This document shows, one piece after another, positions 41,225 through 51,253 of a stretch of DNA of 64,000 nt. The DNA lies in NCBI GenBank assembly GCA_038210825.1, contig JBBQWG010000042.1, positions 145 to 64,144 on the forward strand, read 5' to 3'. Made by a program: the position numbers and the translations under genes. A model generated the notes under the pieces. The model was given only the letters and a program-made list of their open reading frames with translations. It ran no database searches and was not told the DNA's origin. This DNA is from Verrucomicrobiales bacterium (GTDB lineage Bacteria > Verrucomicrobiota > Verrucomicrobiia > Verrucomicrobiales > V1-33). The stretch's first letter is position 1. Every line of letters begins with the position of its first letter.

Positions 41225-42127
41225 TCATGAGGAGAAATCGGGTGGAAAAGCAGCCGCGCGGCACTGCTTCAGATAATCCAGGGCATTCACCTGCCCTTCC
41301 ATTTCGCGGTCCCCGCGGAAGACCGGATCGTGCCCGCCTTCAATATCAATCACGCCCTGATAGCCGGCCGCAGCGAGTTTTTGGAAAATCACCGTCCAGT
41401 CGGAGTCGCCGAGGCCGGGGAAGCGGTGCCGAACCACGTGGTCCGGTCCATGGGTGCCCGAAGCCGCCAGCAGCGTGCGGTTGAGTTGCCCATCTTTGCC
41501 ATGCACGTGCAGGATGCGCCCGGCATAACGATCCAGCACCGGCAGGGGATCCATCAACTGGCACATCAGATGGCAGGGTTCCCATTCCAGACCGAGAGCC
41601 GGCGAGGGCACCGCGTCAAACATCAGCTCCCATGCCGCAGGGTGGAAGCCGATATTGATGTCGCCGCGCTCCCAGTTTCCACCCTGCAGGCAGTTTTCAA
41701 AGGCAAGGCCGACGCCCTCTCCTTCTGCAATCCTGGCAAGTTCGGTGAAGACCTGCTGGAAGCGGGGGATCGAATCCGGCACCGGCGTGCCGGGGATCCG
41801 CCCCGCAAAACAGCCTACCACACTGGTGCCAAAAGCCCGCGCCGCGAGGAGGGCCCGGCGCAGTCCGTCGCGCGCGGCCTCCCCGGCGGCATCCATGCGC
41901 AGCGGGTTGCCATAGACCCCAAGCGCAGAAATGGAGGCCCCGCGCCCCTCCGCGGCTTCCCGGACAGCGGATGCCGGTCCTGACAAATCAGGCACCCCGC
42001 CGCCATGCTTCAATGACCAGATCAATTGGAAACAAGCCATGCCTTCCGGCCATGAGGCGAGGGAGGCGGCCATCTCCGGACCTGGCCGGACCACGGTGCC
42101 GATGGAGAATGGGGACAGCGGTGACAT
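41225..42127 (-). CDS. sugar phosphate isomerase/epimerase family (xylose isomerase-like TIM barrel) protein
   Basis: ATG 42127 (MSPLSPFSIGTVV). Blocks ISALGVYGNPL, LAFENC, LHVHGKDG and IDIEGGHDP resemble the AP-endonuclease-2/xylose-isomerase-like TIM barrel family. Confidence 0.65.
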   Translation of the reverse strand: MSPLSPFSIGTVVRPGPEMAASLASWPEGMACFQLIWSLKHGGGVPDLSGPASAVREAAEGRGASISALGVYGNPLRMDAAGEAARDGLRRALLAARAFGTSVVGCFAGRIPGTPVPDSIPRFQQVFTELARIAEGEGVGLAFENCLQGGNWERGDINIGFHPAAWELMFDAVPSPALGLEWEPCHLMCQLMDPLPVLDRYAGRILHVHGKDGQLNRTLLAASGTHGPDHVVRHRFPGLGDSDWTVIFQKLAAAGYQGVIDIEGGHDPVFRGDREMEGQVNALDYLKQCRAAAFPPDFSS

Positions 42128-42147
42128 GGCGGCCAACCAATCATGCC

Positions 42148-45100
42148 ATGCCCCCTGGCTCCACCCCGAATATCCCGCAGGAATGTCCGGCCGGTGGCAC
42201 CCCGGCGTCAGCTTCCCGACCTTTACTTTTTCCCGGCCCTTTGGCATGTTGTCAGCGGCATTCCTTCCACCCCCCCTCCCCGGTGCTTCCTTCCTGTCCC
42301 TCCCGCCGCCCTGCGCCGAGCCTGCCATGGCGCGGCGTCCGTGGACTGCTTGCCGGAGCGGGCCTGATCCTGACAAGTTTGCTCCCGGTCCCGGCGGCCC
42401 CGCGCCTGACGGAATTTCTCGCGGACAATGCCGAAGTCATCCGGGATGAGGACGGCGACGCTTCCGACTTCATCGAAATTTACAATCCTGACTCCGGGCC
42501 CTGCAACCTCGCCGGCTATACCCTGACCGATGATCCGGCCCTGCCCCGCCGCTGGATTTTCCCGGCCGTGGTGCTGCAGCCGGGCGAATACCGGGTGGTG
42601 TGGGCATCCGGCAAGGACCGCACGGCTCCCAAACGGCCGCTGCACACCAATTTCCGGCTCGCCAAAAGCGGAGGTTACCTCGCCCTGTCCGCGCCGGAGG
42701 GAGGAATTCCCCTAACTGTTTTTGACGGCTACCCTCCCCAGGAGAAGGACCGGAGTTATGGCCGCTATCAGCCGGAAACGGCAAACCCTGTCATCACCCC
42801 GGGAGCGTCCTGCCGCTGGACTGTGCCCACGGGTCCCCTGCCCGGCTGGGAAAGCACCGGGTTTGATGATGCCGCCTGGCAACGCGGAACGAGCGGGATC
42901 GGCTTTGACCGCGATGGCCCGACCGGGCCCTATACTGCCCTGCTGGGACCCGGAGGCGACACCACGGAACTGATGTATACCGTCAACGCCACGGCCTTTG
43001 TGAGGTTCCCCTTCACCCTCGCCCGGCGGAATGCCCTGAGCAGCCTGATCCTGCGCGTCAAATGTGATGACGGATTTGTCGCCTGGATCAACGGGGCGCG
43101 GGTCGCCAGCCGGCTGGCCCCGGACACCCTGACATGGAACTCCTCCGCCACTGGTCTGTATGACGATACCGATGCACTGGCCTGGGAGGAATTTGCTATT
43201 CCCGCCGGGCTCGGCTCGCTGCGCGATGGGGAAAACATCCTGGCAATCCAGTTGCTGAACGGAGATGCCGGCAATGTCGACGTCCTGATGGTGCCGGAAC
43301 TCGAGGTCCGCTCCCTTGATGAGTCAATGCCCCTCCAGACCGGCTACTTCCTCACCGCGACCCCCGGAGCGGCGAATTCCCTGCCGGAGGCGGGTTTTAC
43401 GGAGGACATCCGGTTCAGTCCGGAGCGCGGGATTTATACCGGTCCAGTGTCCCTGACCATTTCCTGCGGCACGCCGGGAGCCACCATTTATTACACCACG
43501 GATGGTTCCACGCCCCGTCCCCGCACCGCACGGATTTACACCGGGCCCATCTCCCTCAGCCGCACCACGGTGGTGCGGGCCATGGCAGACGCGGATGCCC
43601 GTCATCCTACCAACGTGGGGACCCAAAGCTACCTTTTTCCGGCCGACAGCATCCGGCAAACCCGCCCGCCAGACTATCCCTCCACCTGGGGAGTGGAGGA
43701 CAACGGGTTCGGCAGCTTGTTTCCCATTCCTGCGGATTATGCGATGGATCCCGGGGTGGTGTTTGCCCCGCAATACGCCGGCCTTGCAGAAAAAGCCCTG
43801 CGGGAGTCGCTGCCCGTGGTCTCCCTGACCACGGGCAAGGAATGGCTGTTTGATCCGGAGGGACTTTATGCCAACGGCCGGAACGGATCGGAGGAAGCCC
43901 CGGTCTCCGTGGAACTGCTGGGACCAGGCTGGCCGGCGGATCTTCAGATCGACGGTGGAGTGCGCATCCATGGCGGCAATGCGCGGGAACATCCCAAAAA
44001 GCCCTTCCGGCTTTATTTCCGGAATCGTTATGGCACCGACAAACTGCGGTATCCCCTCTTTGCGGAGTCCGCCGTGCAGCGCTTTGACCAGTTGATCCTC
44101 CGGCCGGGCGGGCATGATGGCTGGGCCGTGCCGTTCGGCAATTCCAGCGCTCTGCTCGCCTATCACGGAACTTATGTCAGGGACCAGTTCCTGCGGCTGA
44201 CGGAAACGGACATGGGACGCCTCAGCCCGCGGGGCCGTTATGTCCACCTCTACCTCAACGGTCTTTACTGGGGGATCTACGACCTGCATGAGCGGGCCAA
44301 TGCCGACTTCTATGCTTCCCATCTGGGAGGAGATCCGGGAGACTGGGATGTGGTGCACCATCCCACCTTCGTGGGGGAAAATTATTCCCAGGTGGACGGC
44401 TCCGGGGAGTCATGGGAAGAGGTGCTCGCCCTCGCTGACCGGGGCATCCGCAATGCCGCCGACTACCAGGCGCTCGATGCCCTGGTGAACCTTGAGGATT
44501 ACATCGACTATCTGATCGTAAGGATCTGGTCAGGCGACTATGACTGGTGCGGGCCGATCTATCTCAAGAACGGGACCCAGGAGGCCGAGGCCGGTTATTT
44601 TGACAACAAGAACTGGTATGCCGCCCGCCGCAGCCGTGGCGAGGCCGGACGCTATCTGTTCCATGTCTGGGATGCGGAGATGAGCATGGGCACGCACCTG
44701 ATGCTGAACCGGGGACTGGGCCAGCAGCCCCCATGGCTGAGCTACTACCCGCCGCAGCGCATTGCCGGCTTTGACAGCACCCGCGTGGGCACCCAGGGAA
44801 GTCAGGTGTGGCCATATGCGGCGCTGCGGAGCTATCCACCCTTCCGCCAGAAGTTTGGGGACCGGCTGCAGAAACACTTCTTCCATGATGGGGCCATGAC
44901 CACCGCCGCCAATCAGGCCAGGCTGGATTCCCTGACCTCCCAGTTGGACTTGCCCCTCGTCGCCGAGTCCGCCCGCTGGGGCGATGTGAACCGCTTTGAT
45001 CCCTTCGATCTGGCCTTGAACCCGGATGAGCATTGGAAACCGGAGATTCAGTGGCTGCGGGACACTTTTATCGCCGGCCGCAATGCCCTCGTGCTGCAAC

Positions 45101-46872
45101 AGTTTCAAAGCACCGGTCTCTTCCCGGCGATTCCGGCTCCCGGGGTGTGGCCGGCCGGCGGAACCATTGCACCCGGCACCCGCGTGGAACTCCGTCAGCC
45201 GGGGGGAACCACGGCGGCCCTGTATTATACCCTGGACGGCAGCGACCCCAGCACCTTCTCCCCTATCAACCGCCGCCATCTGGTGGATGCAGGCACCCCC
45301 TGCCGGTGGTGGGTGCCTTCCAACAGCATCGGCACCACGTGGCGCAGCTTCGATGGGCCTTCCAATCCTGCTCTTTGGCAAAACGGAACCAACGGGCTCG
45401 GTTATGACCTCGATCCCGATTTCCGTCCTCATTTCCTGACTGATGTGGGTGCCGCGATGCGAGGCTTGCGGGCTTCGGTCTATTTCCGCATGGAATTCAA
45501 CATGGAGAGCCAGGCGGAAATCGACCAGCTGGGTTCCGTGTCCCTTGAAGCCCAGTATGATGACGGCTTTATCGCTGCCATCAATGGAACCGTAGCCGTG
45601 CGGGCCAGTGCCCCGACCAACGAAACCTTTGCCTCCACGGCCACCAGTGCCCGCAATGACGCCGCCGCCATTGGGTTCACTCCTTTTGCCCTGAATCCGG
45701 CCACCGTGCGTCCCCTGCTCCGGGTAGGACGCAATGTTATTGCCATCCAGGCGCTGAACCAGTCGGCTTCCAGCTCGGATCTCCTGTGCACGGTGCGGCT
45801 GGTAGTCCAGTCGGGAGGGAGTCTCTCCCCGGCTCCCGGCGCTTTGTTATACGATCCCGCGCATCCTCCCTTGCTGACGGGCGATGTCACCCTCAAGGCC
45901 CGTGCCCTAGCCAATGGCGAGTGGTCGGCCCTGACGGAAACCCGCTACTTCAGCACCACTCCGGCCTCTGCCCGGAATCTGGTGCCCAGCCAGATCCACT
46001 ACCACCCCGCTGCGCCGGGTGCGGCGGAAGCCGCCGCCGGCTATGCCGATGAGGGGGCCTTTGAGTTCATTGAATTGCTGAATGTCTCGCGGGCACCGGT
46101 GGATTTGTCAGGATGCTTTTTCACTCATGGGATCCAGTTTGACTTTGCGCAGGCTGCCTTCCAGCAACTTGCCGCCGGAGCCCGGCTGATCCTGGCCCGG
46201 AATCCGGATGCCCTCCGCTTCCGCCATCCGGGGATCACAGGCATTGCCGGAACGTTTGCCGGCGGATCGGCGCTGTCCAACGGTGGTGAACGCCTCCGCC
46301 TCCAGGCCCCTGACGGCAGCGCTATTTTTGATCTCACCTATGGTGACCATCCGCCATGGCCGGCGGCAGCGGATGGCACCGGCCCCAGCCTCATGCTGGT
46401 CAATCCCTCCGGCCTCACCAATCCGGCCAATCCCCTCCACTGGCGGCCCAGCACCGGCATGGCCAATCCCGGACGCCCTGACACAGCGGGTTTTGGGGCA
46501 TGGATGGCCCGGTTCCTCAGCAGCCCATCCTCCACGCCCGTCACCATGGCCGGTCCGCTGGATGATCCCGATGCCGATGGATTTCCCAATCTCCTTGAAT
46601 ATGCATCGGGCACCCATCCCCTCGATTTCAATTCCTTCCCGGTCCTGACCCTGACGGCAATCGACAAAGTCTGGCATCTCAGTTTCCCCCTGAACCCGGC
46701 CGCCTCCGATGCCGCCCTGATTCTGGAGGAAGCCGCCACCCCCGGTGGACCATGGACCACCAGCCGCCAGCTCACGGATATACCCGTCCCCTCCGACCCC
46801 ACCCTGCGTCAGTATGAGACGGGGGGCTCCGGACCCATCCGGTTCTACCGCCTCCGGGCCACCTTGCCCTGA
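42148..46872 (+). CDS. giant secreted CotH kinase-family protein with lamin-tail (LTD) and Fn3-associated domains
   Basis: N-terminal LTD FIEIYNPDSGPCNLAGYTLTDD; GATIYYTTDGSTP (Fn3-associated); CotH core VHLYLNGLYWGIYDLHERANADFY; second LTD FEFIELLNVSRAPVDLSGCFF; DPDADGFPNLLEYASG near the C-terminus. The listed start is the first in-frame ATG that does not overlap the divergent gene. The real start is probably near 42327-42346 (see finding). Confidence 0.8.
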   Translation: MPPGSTPNIPQECPAGGTPASASRPLLFPGPLACCQRHSFHPPSPVLPSCPSRRPAPSLPWRGVRGLLAGAGLILTSLLPVPAAPRLTEFLADNAEVIRDEDGDASDFIEIYNPDSGPCNLAGYTLTDDPALPRRWIFPAVVLQPGEYRVVWASGKDRTAPKRPLHTNFRLAKSGGYLALSAPEGGIPLTVFDGYPPQEKDRSYGRYQPETANPVITPGASCRWTVPTGPLPGWESTGFDDAAWQRGTSGIGFDRDGPTGPYTALLGPGGDTTELMYTVNATAFVRFPFTLARRNALSSLILRVKCDDGFVAWINGARVASRLAPDTLTWNSSATGLYDDTDALAWEEFAIPAGLGSLRDGENILAIQLLNGDAGNVDVLMVPELEVRSLDESMPLQTGYFLTATPGAANSLPEAGFTEDIRFSPERGIYTGPVSLTISCGTPGATIYYTTDGSTPRPRTARIYTGPISLSRTTVVRAMADADARHPTNVGTQSYLFPADSIRQTRPPDYPSTWGVEDNGFGSLFPIPADYAMDPGVVFAPQYAGLAEKALRESLPVVSLTTGKEWLFDPEGLYANGRNGSEEAPVSVELLGPGWPADLQIDGGVRIHGGNAREHPKKPFRLYFRNRYGTDKLRYPLFAESAVQRFDQLILRPGGHDGWAVPFGNSSALLAYHGTYVRDQFLRLTETDMGRLSPRGRYVHLYLNGLYWGIYDLHERANADFYASHLGGDPGDWDVVHHPTFVGENYSQVDGSGESWEEVLALADRGIRNAADYQALDALVNLEDYIDYLIVRIWSGDYDWCGPIYLKNGTQEAEAGYFDNKNWYAARRSRGEAGRYLFHVWDAEMSMGTHLMLNRGLGQQPPWLSYYPPQRIAGFDSTRVGTQGSQVWPYAALRSYPPFRQKFGDRLQKHFFHDGAMTTAANQARLDSLTSQLDLPLVAESARWGDVNRFDPFDLALNPDEHWKPEIQWLRDTFIAGRNALVLQQFQSTGLFPAIPAPGVWPAGGTIAPGTRVELRQPGGTTAALYYTLDGSDPSTFSPINRRHLVDAGTPCRWWVPSNSIGTTWRSFDGPSNPALWQNGTNGLGYDLDPDFRPHFLTDVGAAMRGLRASVYFRMEFNMESQAEIDQLGSVSLEAQYDDGFIAAINGTVAVRASAPTNETFASTATSARNDAAAIGFTPFALNPATVRPLLRVGRNVIAIQALNQSASSSDLLCTVRLVVQSGGSLSPAPGALLYDPAHPPLLTGDVTLKARALANGEWSALTETRYFSTTPASARNLVPSQIHYHPAAPGAAEAAAGYADEGAFEFIELLNVSRAPVDLSGCFFTHGIQFDFAQAAFQQLAAGARLILARNPDALRFRHPGITGIAGTFAGGSALSNGGERLRLQAPDGSAIFDLTYGDHPPWPAAADGTGPSLMLVNPSGLTNPANPLHWRPSTGMANPGRPDTAGFGAWMARFLSSPSSTPVTMAGPLDDPDADGFPNLLEYASGTHPLDFNSFPVLTLTAIDKVWHLSFPLNPAASDAALILEEAATPGGPWTTSRQLTDIPVPSDPTLRQYETGGSGPIRFYRLRATLP

Positions 46873-46931
46873 CAAGGATTCCGCATGGCATCGGCCTTGT
46901 GCCCCGGGGGATTCCGGCTCATCATCGGACC

Positions 46932-47480
46932 ATGTCCACGGCTCCGGTCCGCCCGCTCAATGTCATCCTCATCGGCTTCATGGGGTGCGGGAAAACCACG
47001 GTCGGCCAATTGCTGGCCCGTCAGTTAGGTTTCCGGTTCCTCGATACGGACCAGCTGATCGTCAAAAAGGCCCGGCGCAGCATCCCGGACATCTTCAGTC
47101 AGGAAGGCGAGGCCGGGTTCCGTGCCCTCGAGTCGTCGGTGCTGGAGGATCTGGCAGGCACCCAGCGCAGCGTCATCGCCACCGGCGGCGGCATCATCAC
47201 GGTTCCTGACAATGTCCCGCGGCTGCGCGCCCTTGGTCTCGTGATCTGGCTGAATCCCCCGGAAGAAGTGCTCTTCCAGCGTATCATGCGGAATCATGAC
47301 CGCCCGCTGGTCCGCACTCCCAACCCCCGCCAGACCGTCCGGGAACTCCTTGCCGTCCGCCGTCCGCTCTACACCAGCGCGGCCGATCTCGATGTCGATG
47401 TCTCCGACGTGACCCCCGGCGAAGCCGCCTACGGCCTGGCAGAATCTGTCCGCGTCCACTACTCCCAGCCATTGGTGTGA
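46932..47480 (+). CDS. aroK: shikimate kinase
   Basis: NVILIGFMGCGKTTVGQLLA (Walker A), FLDTD, ATGGG. ATG 46932. Confidence 0.9.
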   Translation: MSTAPVRPLNVILIGFMGCGKTTVGQLLARQLGFRFLDTDQLIVKKARRSIPDIFSQEGEAGFRALESSVLEDLAGTQRSVIATGGGIITVPDNVPRLRALGLVIWLNPPEEVLFQRIMRNHDRPLVRTPNPRQTVRELLAVRRPLYTSAADLDVDVSDVTPGEAAYGLAESVRVHYSQPLV

Positions 47481-48592
47481 CTCCCCCGCCTGACATGATT
47501 GCCGGCGGGCTCCGCGGGATGGCGGCTGCCCTTGGGCTGGCCGATTGCCGCGTGGCCGCCCTCACCGGCCCCGCGCCCCACGCGGAGACCTTCCAAGCAT
47601 GGCTGGATGCCGGTCATCATGGCTCCATGCAGTGGATGGAAAAAAACCCCAAGCGCCGCAAGGATCCCCGGGAAGTTCTGCCCGGTGCCCAATCTGTTGT
47701 CACCGTTGCCCTCAATTATTACCAGGATCCGCCAGAGTGGGTCACGGTGGCCGGTCCGGGCACGGCATCCGGAGCCCCGGACTCGGCCCCGGCCCCGGCC
47801 ACCGGCCAAATCGCCCGTTATGCCTGGGGAGACGACTACCATGCCGTCCTCGAAGAAAAGCTAACTGATCTCTGCCATTACCTCGAAACCTGCGGCGGCA
47901 CCCAGAAGCTCTATGCCGATACCGGACCGGTGCTCGAACGGGACTGGGCCACCGCCGCCGGGCTGGGCTGGAATGGCAAATCCACCGTCCAGATCCATCC
48001 AAAGCTGGGCTGCTATTTTTTTCTGGCCGAAATCCTGACAACTCTTGCCATCACCCCGGACCAGCCCATGGCCGGGCACTGCGGCAAATGCACCCGCTGC
48101 CTTACCGCCTGCCCGACCCAGGCCATCCTTGCTCCGCATCAGTTGGATGCCCGGCGCTGCATCTCCTACCTCACCATTGAGCACAAGGGCCCCATCCCCC
48201 ACGAATTCCGCCGCGCCATCGGCGGACGGATCTACGGCTGCGACGACTGCCTCGCCGCCTGCCCGTGGAACCGCTTCGCCCTGGCTTCCACCGAAGCCGC
48301 CTTTGCCGCCCGCCCGTTCGTCCACCAGTGGCCGCTCCGCGACTTCCTCCGCCTGACTGATGCTACCTTCCTGAACCTTTTCCGCCACAGCCCCATCCGC
48401 CGCATCAAACGCCCCGCCTTCCTCCGCAACGTCTGCATCGCCCTCGGCAACACCGGATCCCCCGAAGACCTCCCCGCCCTCCAAACCGCCGCCCGGGATC
48501 CCGACGCACTGATCTCCGAACACGCTGCCTGGGCGATCAATGAATTGCAGCTCCGCAGCAGCATGGATCCTGGCACTTCCTGCCAAAGCTGA
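47477..48592 (+). CDS. queG: tRNA epoxyqueuosine(34) reductase
   Basis: Two ferredoxin-type clusters, CGKCTRCLTACP and CDDCLAACPWN, and a HEAT-like C-terminus. GTG 47477 overlaps the aroK stop (GTGA). ATG 47495 is an alternative start. Confidence 0.9.
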   Translation: MTPPPDMIAGGLRGMAAALGLADCRVAALTGPAPHAETFQAWLDAGHHGSMQWMEKNPKRRKDPREVLPGAQSVVTVALNYYQDPPEWVTVAGPGTASGAPDSAPAPATGQIARYAWGDDYHAVLEEKLTDLCHYLETCGGTQKLYADTGPVLERDWATAAGLGWNGKSTVQIHPKLGCYFFLAEILTTLAITPDQPMAGHCGKCTRCLTACPTQAILAPHQLDARRCISYLTIEHKGPIPHEFRRAIGGRIYGCDDCLAACPWNRFALASTEAAFAARPFVHQWPLRDFLRLTDATFLNLFRHSPIRRIKRPAFLRNVCIALGNTGSPEDLPALQTAARDPDALISEHAAWAINELQLRSSMDPGTSCQS

Positions 48593-48770
48593 CGGCTGTC
48601 ATGCGTCGCGGCGCCGCCTTTCACCAGCCCCAGGCTCCTCATCCCGGTCAGGAGATGGCCCTGACATCATTCAACCAATCCGCACCCTCCTGCGGTCCAG
48701 TTTTTCGATGGCACGTGTTTTCGCCAACAACGCAAAAGACAGCCGGGAGAGTCCGGCCCAGTTCCATTGC

Positions 48771-49136
48771 TTAAAACCGCCCCGTCCGCAGCAGGACCAG
48801 AGTGCAGGCCTCCTGCCAGGGAATCCCCGCCGCATCCAGCGCCGCCTGCAACTCTGCGGACTCCGTACCCGGATTGAAAATCACCCGCCCCGGTTTCAAC
48901 CCCACAATCTCACCCGCCAGCGCGGTCAGGCGGGCGGCGGCGACGTAAAGGGTCAGGGTGTCCACCTGAGTCAGTTCTGTCAGCGATTTCGCTGCCGGCA
49001 AACCATGGACTTCCTCGAGGGAGGGATTCACCGGAAGGACCCGGTGCCCCTGCTCCGCCAATAAAACCACCGCCTGATGCGAATAACGCTCCCGGTCGGC
49101 GGAAGCTCCCAACACGGCCACAGTTTGGTTCCTCAT
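48771..49136 (-). CDS. CoA-binding domain protein (YccU-like)
   Basis: MRNQTVAVLGASADRERYSHQAVVLLAEQGHRVLPVNP. 121 aa from ATG 49136. Confidence 0.8.
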   Translation of the reverse strand: MRNQTVAVLGASADRERYSHQAVVLLAEQGHRVLPVNPSLEEVHGLPAAKSLTELTQVDTLTLYVAAARLTALAGEIVGLKPGRVIFNPGTESAELQAALDAAGIPWQEACTLVLLRTGRF

Positions 49137-49431
49137 TCTGCCCGATACGGCCACGCCGGCGGCTTTGCACCCGCAGAAAACGCCACTACAAAACTTTGGC
49201 ATGGCATCGCTGTCGTGATCGGGCTTCCAAGGGAACCCATGAGCCTCAACCGCCGTAAATCCAGCGGGGAGTGTCTCCGCACGTCCTGCCGTCACCTGAC
49301 TTTCCCCCAGAAAAACACGTCACTTGACCTATTCTCCTAATTTCCTGTAGGGAATAGGGATTTTTCAGTTGCCCCTTGCTGACTGCGGGCTACCCTGCAT
49401 GGTCCGCTTCCCTTTCCACCCACCGCAAATC

Positions 49432-51228
49432 ATGTCCAAAGCCAGCGTCGAAGAAATCAAGCTTGAGTCCCAGGGCCTCCGTGGCGTCATCGCCGAAAAC
49501 TTCGCTGACCCGGCCCTGACGCATGTGGATGATGCGGAAAATGTGCTTCTGAAGTTCCATGGATCCTACCAACAGGACGACCGCGACCTCCGGCCGATTC
49601 TGACCAAAGAGAAAAAGGAAAAGGCCTGGTCCTTCATGGTGCGTTCCAAAATGCCGGGCGGCCGGATTTCGGCCCGGCAGTGGCTGATCCATCACGAGCT
49701 GTGTGTCCTTTCAGAAGGTTCGCTGCGCCTCACGAACCGCCAGGGAATTCAGTTGCACGGTGTGCTGAAGGGCAACCTGAAGGCAGTCATCGCGGGGATT
49801 TGCCGCAGCGGCCTGACCACGATGGGAGCCTGCGGCGATGTGGTGCGCAATACCATGGCCCCGGCGGCTCCGATCAAGGATGCCGCCCGGCTTGATGCCC
49901 AGCTCCTCTCCGAGGAACTCAGCCAGCGTTTCCTCTGGCGCTCCTCCGCCTATGCCGACATCTGGCTCGACGGGGAAAAGATTGATCTCGACTGGGCGCA
50001 GACCGGCGTGAATCCCGAAGTCCGCGCCCGGACCATCGCCAAGGATGAAAAGGCGGCCGAGGACCCGATCTACGGCAAGCTGTATCTCCCCCGCAAATTC
50101 AAGATCGGCATCGCCATCCAGCCGCAGAATGATGTTGATGTTTTCAGTCAGGATCTTGGCTTTGTGCCACACGTCGAGAACGGGGCCGTCGAAGGTTACA
50201 CCATTACCGTGGGCGGCGGGTTCGGCATGAGCCATGGCCAGCTGAATACACGGCCCTTCCTTGCCCAACCCTTGTTTTATGTTAAGCGCCCCCACGCGGT
50301 GGATGCCGCCGAAGCCATCGTCACCACGCAGCGCGACCACGGCAACCGGACCGAGCGCAAACACGCGCGCATGAAATACACGGTGCAGACCATGGGCATC
50401 GACGGGTTCCGGGCGGAAGTGGTGAGCCGCCTGCCCGGCATCAAAACCTTCCCGGCCAAGCCGATTCCCTTCGACACCGTGGAGGACAACCTCGGCTGGC
50501 ACGAGCAGGGCGACGGCAAACTCTTCTGCGCCGTTTACGTCAGTATGGGCCGCATCACCAACCGTGAGGGAGGCCCGCAGTATCTCGACTGCTTCAATGA
50601 AATCGCAAGGGATCTGGAGCTGCCCTTTATTATTACCCCTAACACCAACGTGATCATTGCTGATGTCGCGCCGGAACAAAAAGGTGCGGTCGAAGCCATC
50701 CTCGCCAAATACCACGTCCCGCACGCCGACGCCATGACCGCCACCCGCCGTGTCGCCCACGCGTGTGTGGCGCTGCCTACCTGCGGCCTCAGCTTGTCTG
50801 AATCCGAACGCGCGCTCCCCGGCGTGCTCGATGAATTTGATGGCATTCTGCGCGAACTCGGACTCGAAAACGACCCCATTCTGGTGCGCATGACAGGCTG
50901 CCCGAACGGCTGCGGCCGCCCCTACAATGCCGACTTTGGTTTTGTGGGGCGTGCTCCCAACAAATACGCCCTCTTCGTTGGCGGCAGCATCGCGGGCGAC
51001 CGCCTGGCCGGTCTCGAAATCAAATCCGTGCTACGCGCCGACATCGCGGCCACCGTCCGCCCCTACTTGGAAGCTTACAAAGCGGAACGACTGGCTGGCG
51101 AGACCTTCAGCGCCTGGTTCGGCCGCACCCGCACCACCGGCGAAGCCCCGACCCCGGAACAGTTCCACATTGAACTCACCGAACGCGCCGCCCGGCTCGC
51201 CGGGGAAAAGGTCACCGCAGCCGGCTGA
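49432..51228 (+). CDS. cysI: assimilatory sulfite reductase hemoprotein (siroheme/4Fe-4S)
   Basis: Collinear with E. coli CysI as I recall it: LRGVIAENF, FHGSYQQDDRDLR, LTNRQGIQLHGV, YLPRKFKIGIA, TTQRDHGNRTERKHARMKYT, CVALPTCGLSLSESER, TGCPNGCGRP. Confidence 0.93.
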   Translation: MSKASVEEIKLESQGLRGVIAENFADPALTHVDDAENVLLKFHGSYQQDDRDLRPILTKEKKEKAWSFMVRSKMPGGRISARQWLIHHELCVLSEGSLRLTNRQGIQLHGVLKGNLKAVIAGICRSGLTTMGACGDVVRNTMAPAAPIKDAARLDAQLLSEELSQRFLWRSSAYADIWLDGEKIDLDWAQTGVNPEVRARTIAKDEKAAEDPIYGKLYLPRKFKIGIAIQPQNDVDVFSQDLGFVPHVENGAVEGYTITVGGGFGMSHGQLNTRPFLAQPLFYVKRPHAVDAAEAIVTTQRDHGNRTERKHARMKYTVQTMGIDGFRAEVVSRLPGIKTFPAKPIPFDTVEDNLGWHEQGDGKLFCAVYVSMGRITNREGGPQYLDCFNEIARDLELPFIITPNTNVIIADVAPEQKGAVEAILAKYHVPHADAMTATRRVAHACVALPTCGLSLSESERALPGVLDEFDGILRELGLENDPILVRMTGCPNGCGRPYNADFGFVGRAPNKYALFVGGSIAGDRLAGLEIKSVLRADIAATVRPYLEAYKAERLAGETFSAWFGRTRTTGEAPTPEQFHIELTERAARLAGEKVTAAG

Positions 51229-51253
51229 ACGAGGGCGGCCTTCCTGCGGGAAG
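51160..51253. repeat. direct repeat A: last 22 codons, stop and 25 nt downstream of cysI
   Basis: cagttccacattgaactcaccgaacgcgccgcccggctcgccggggaaaaggtcaccgcagccggctgaacgagggcggccttcctgcgggaag. Partner at 52158-52254. Confidence 0.85.

Noticed and set aside
41971-42147. Upstream part of the 1633-aa ORF as the true CotH N-terminus
   Set aside because: It overlaps the 5' end of the divergent TIM-barrel gene on the other strand and encodes Arg/Pro-rich sequence with no signal peptide.
51229-51253. Shared GGC-rich plus TTCC-N3-5-GGAA motif in all four 3'-end repeat copies as a recombination (att/attC-like) site
   Set aside because: The stem is only 4-5 bp, the sequences differ at several positions, and there is no integron-type GTTRRRY core. 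It is mentioned in the finding but is not supportable as a defined site without more copies.
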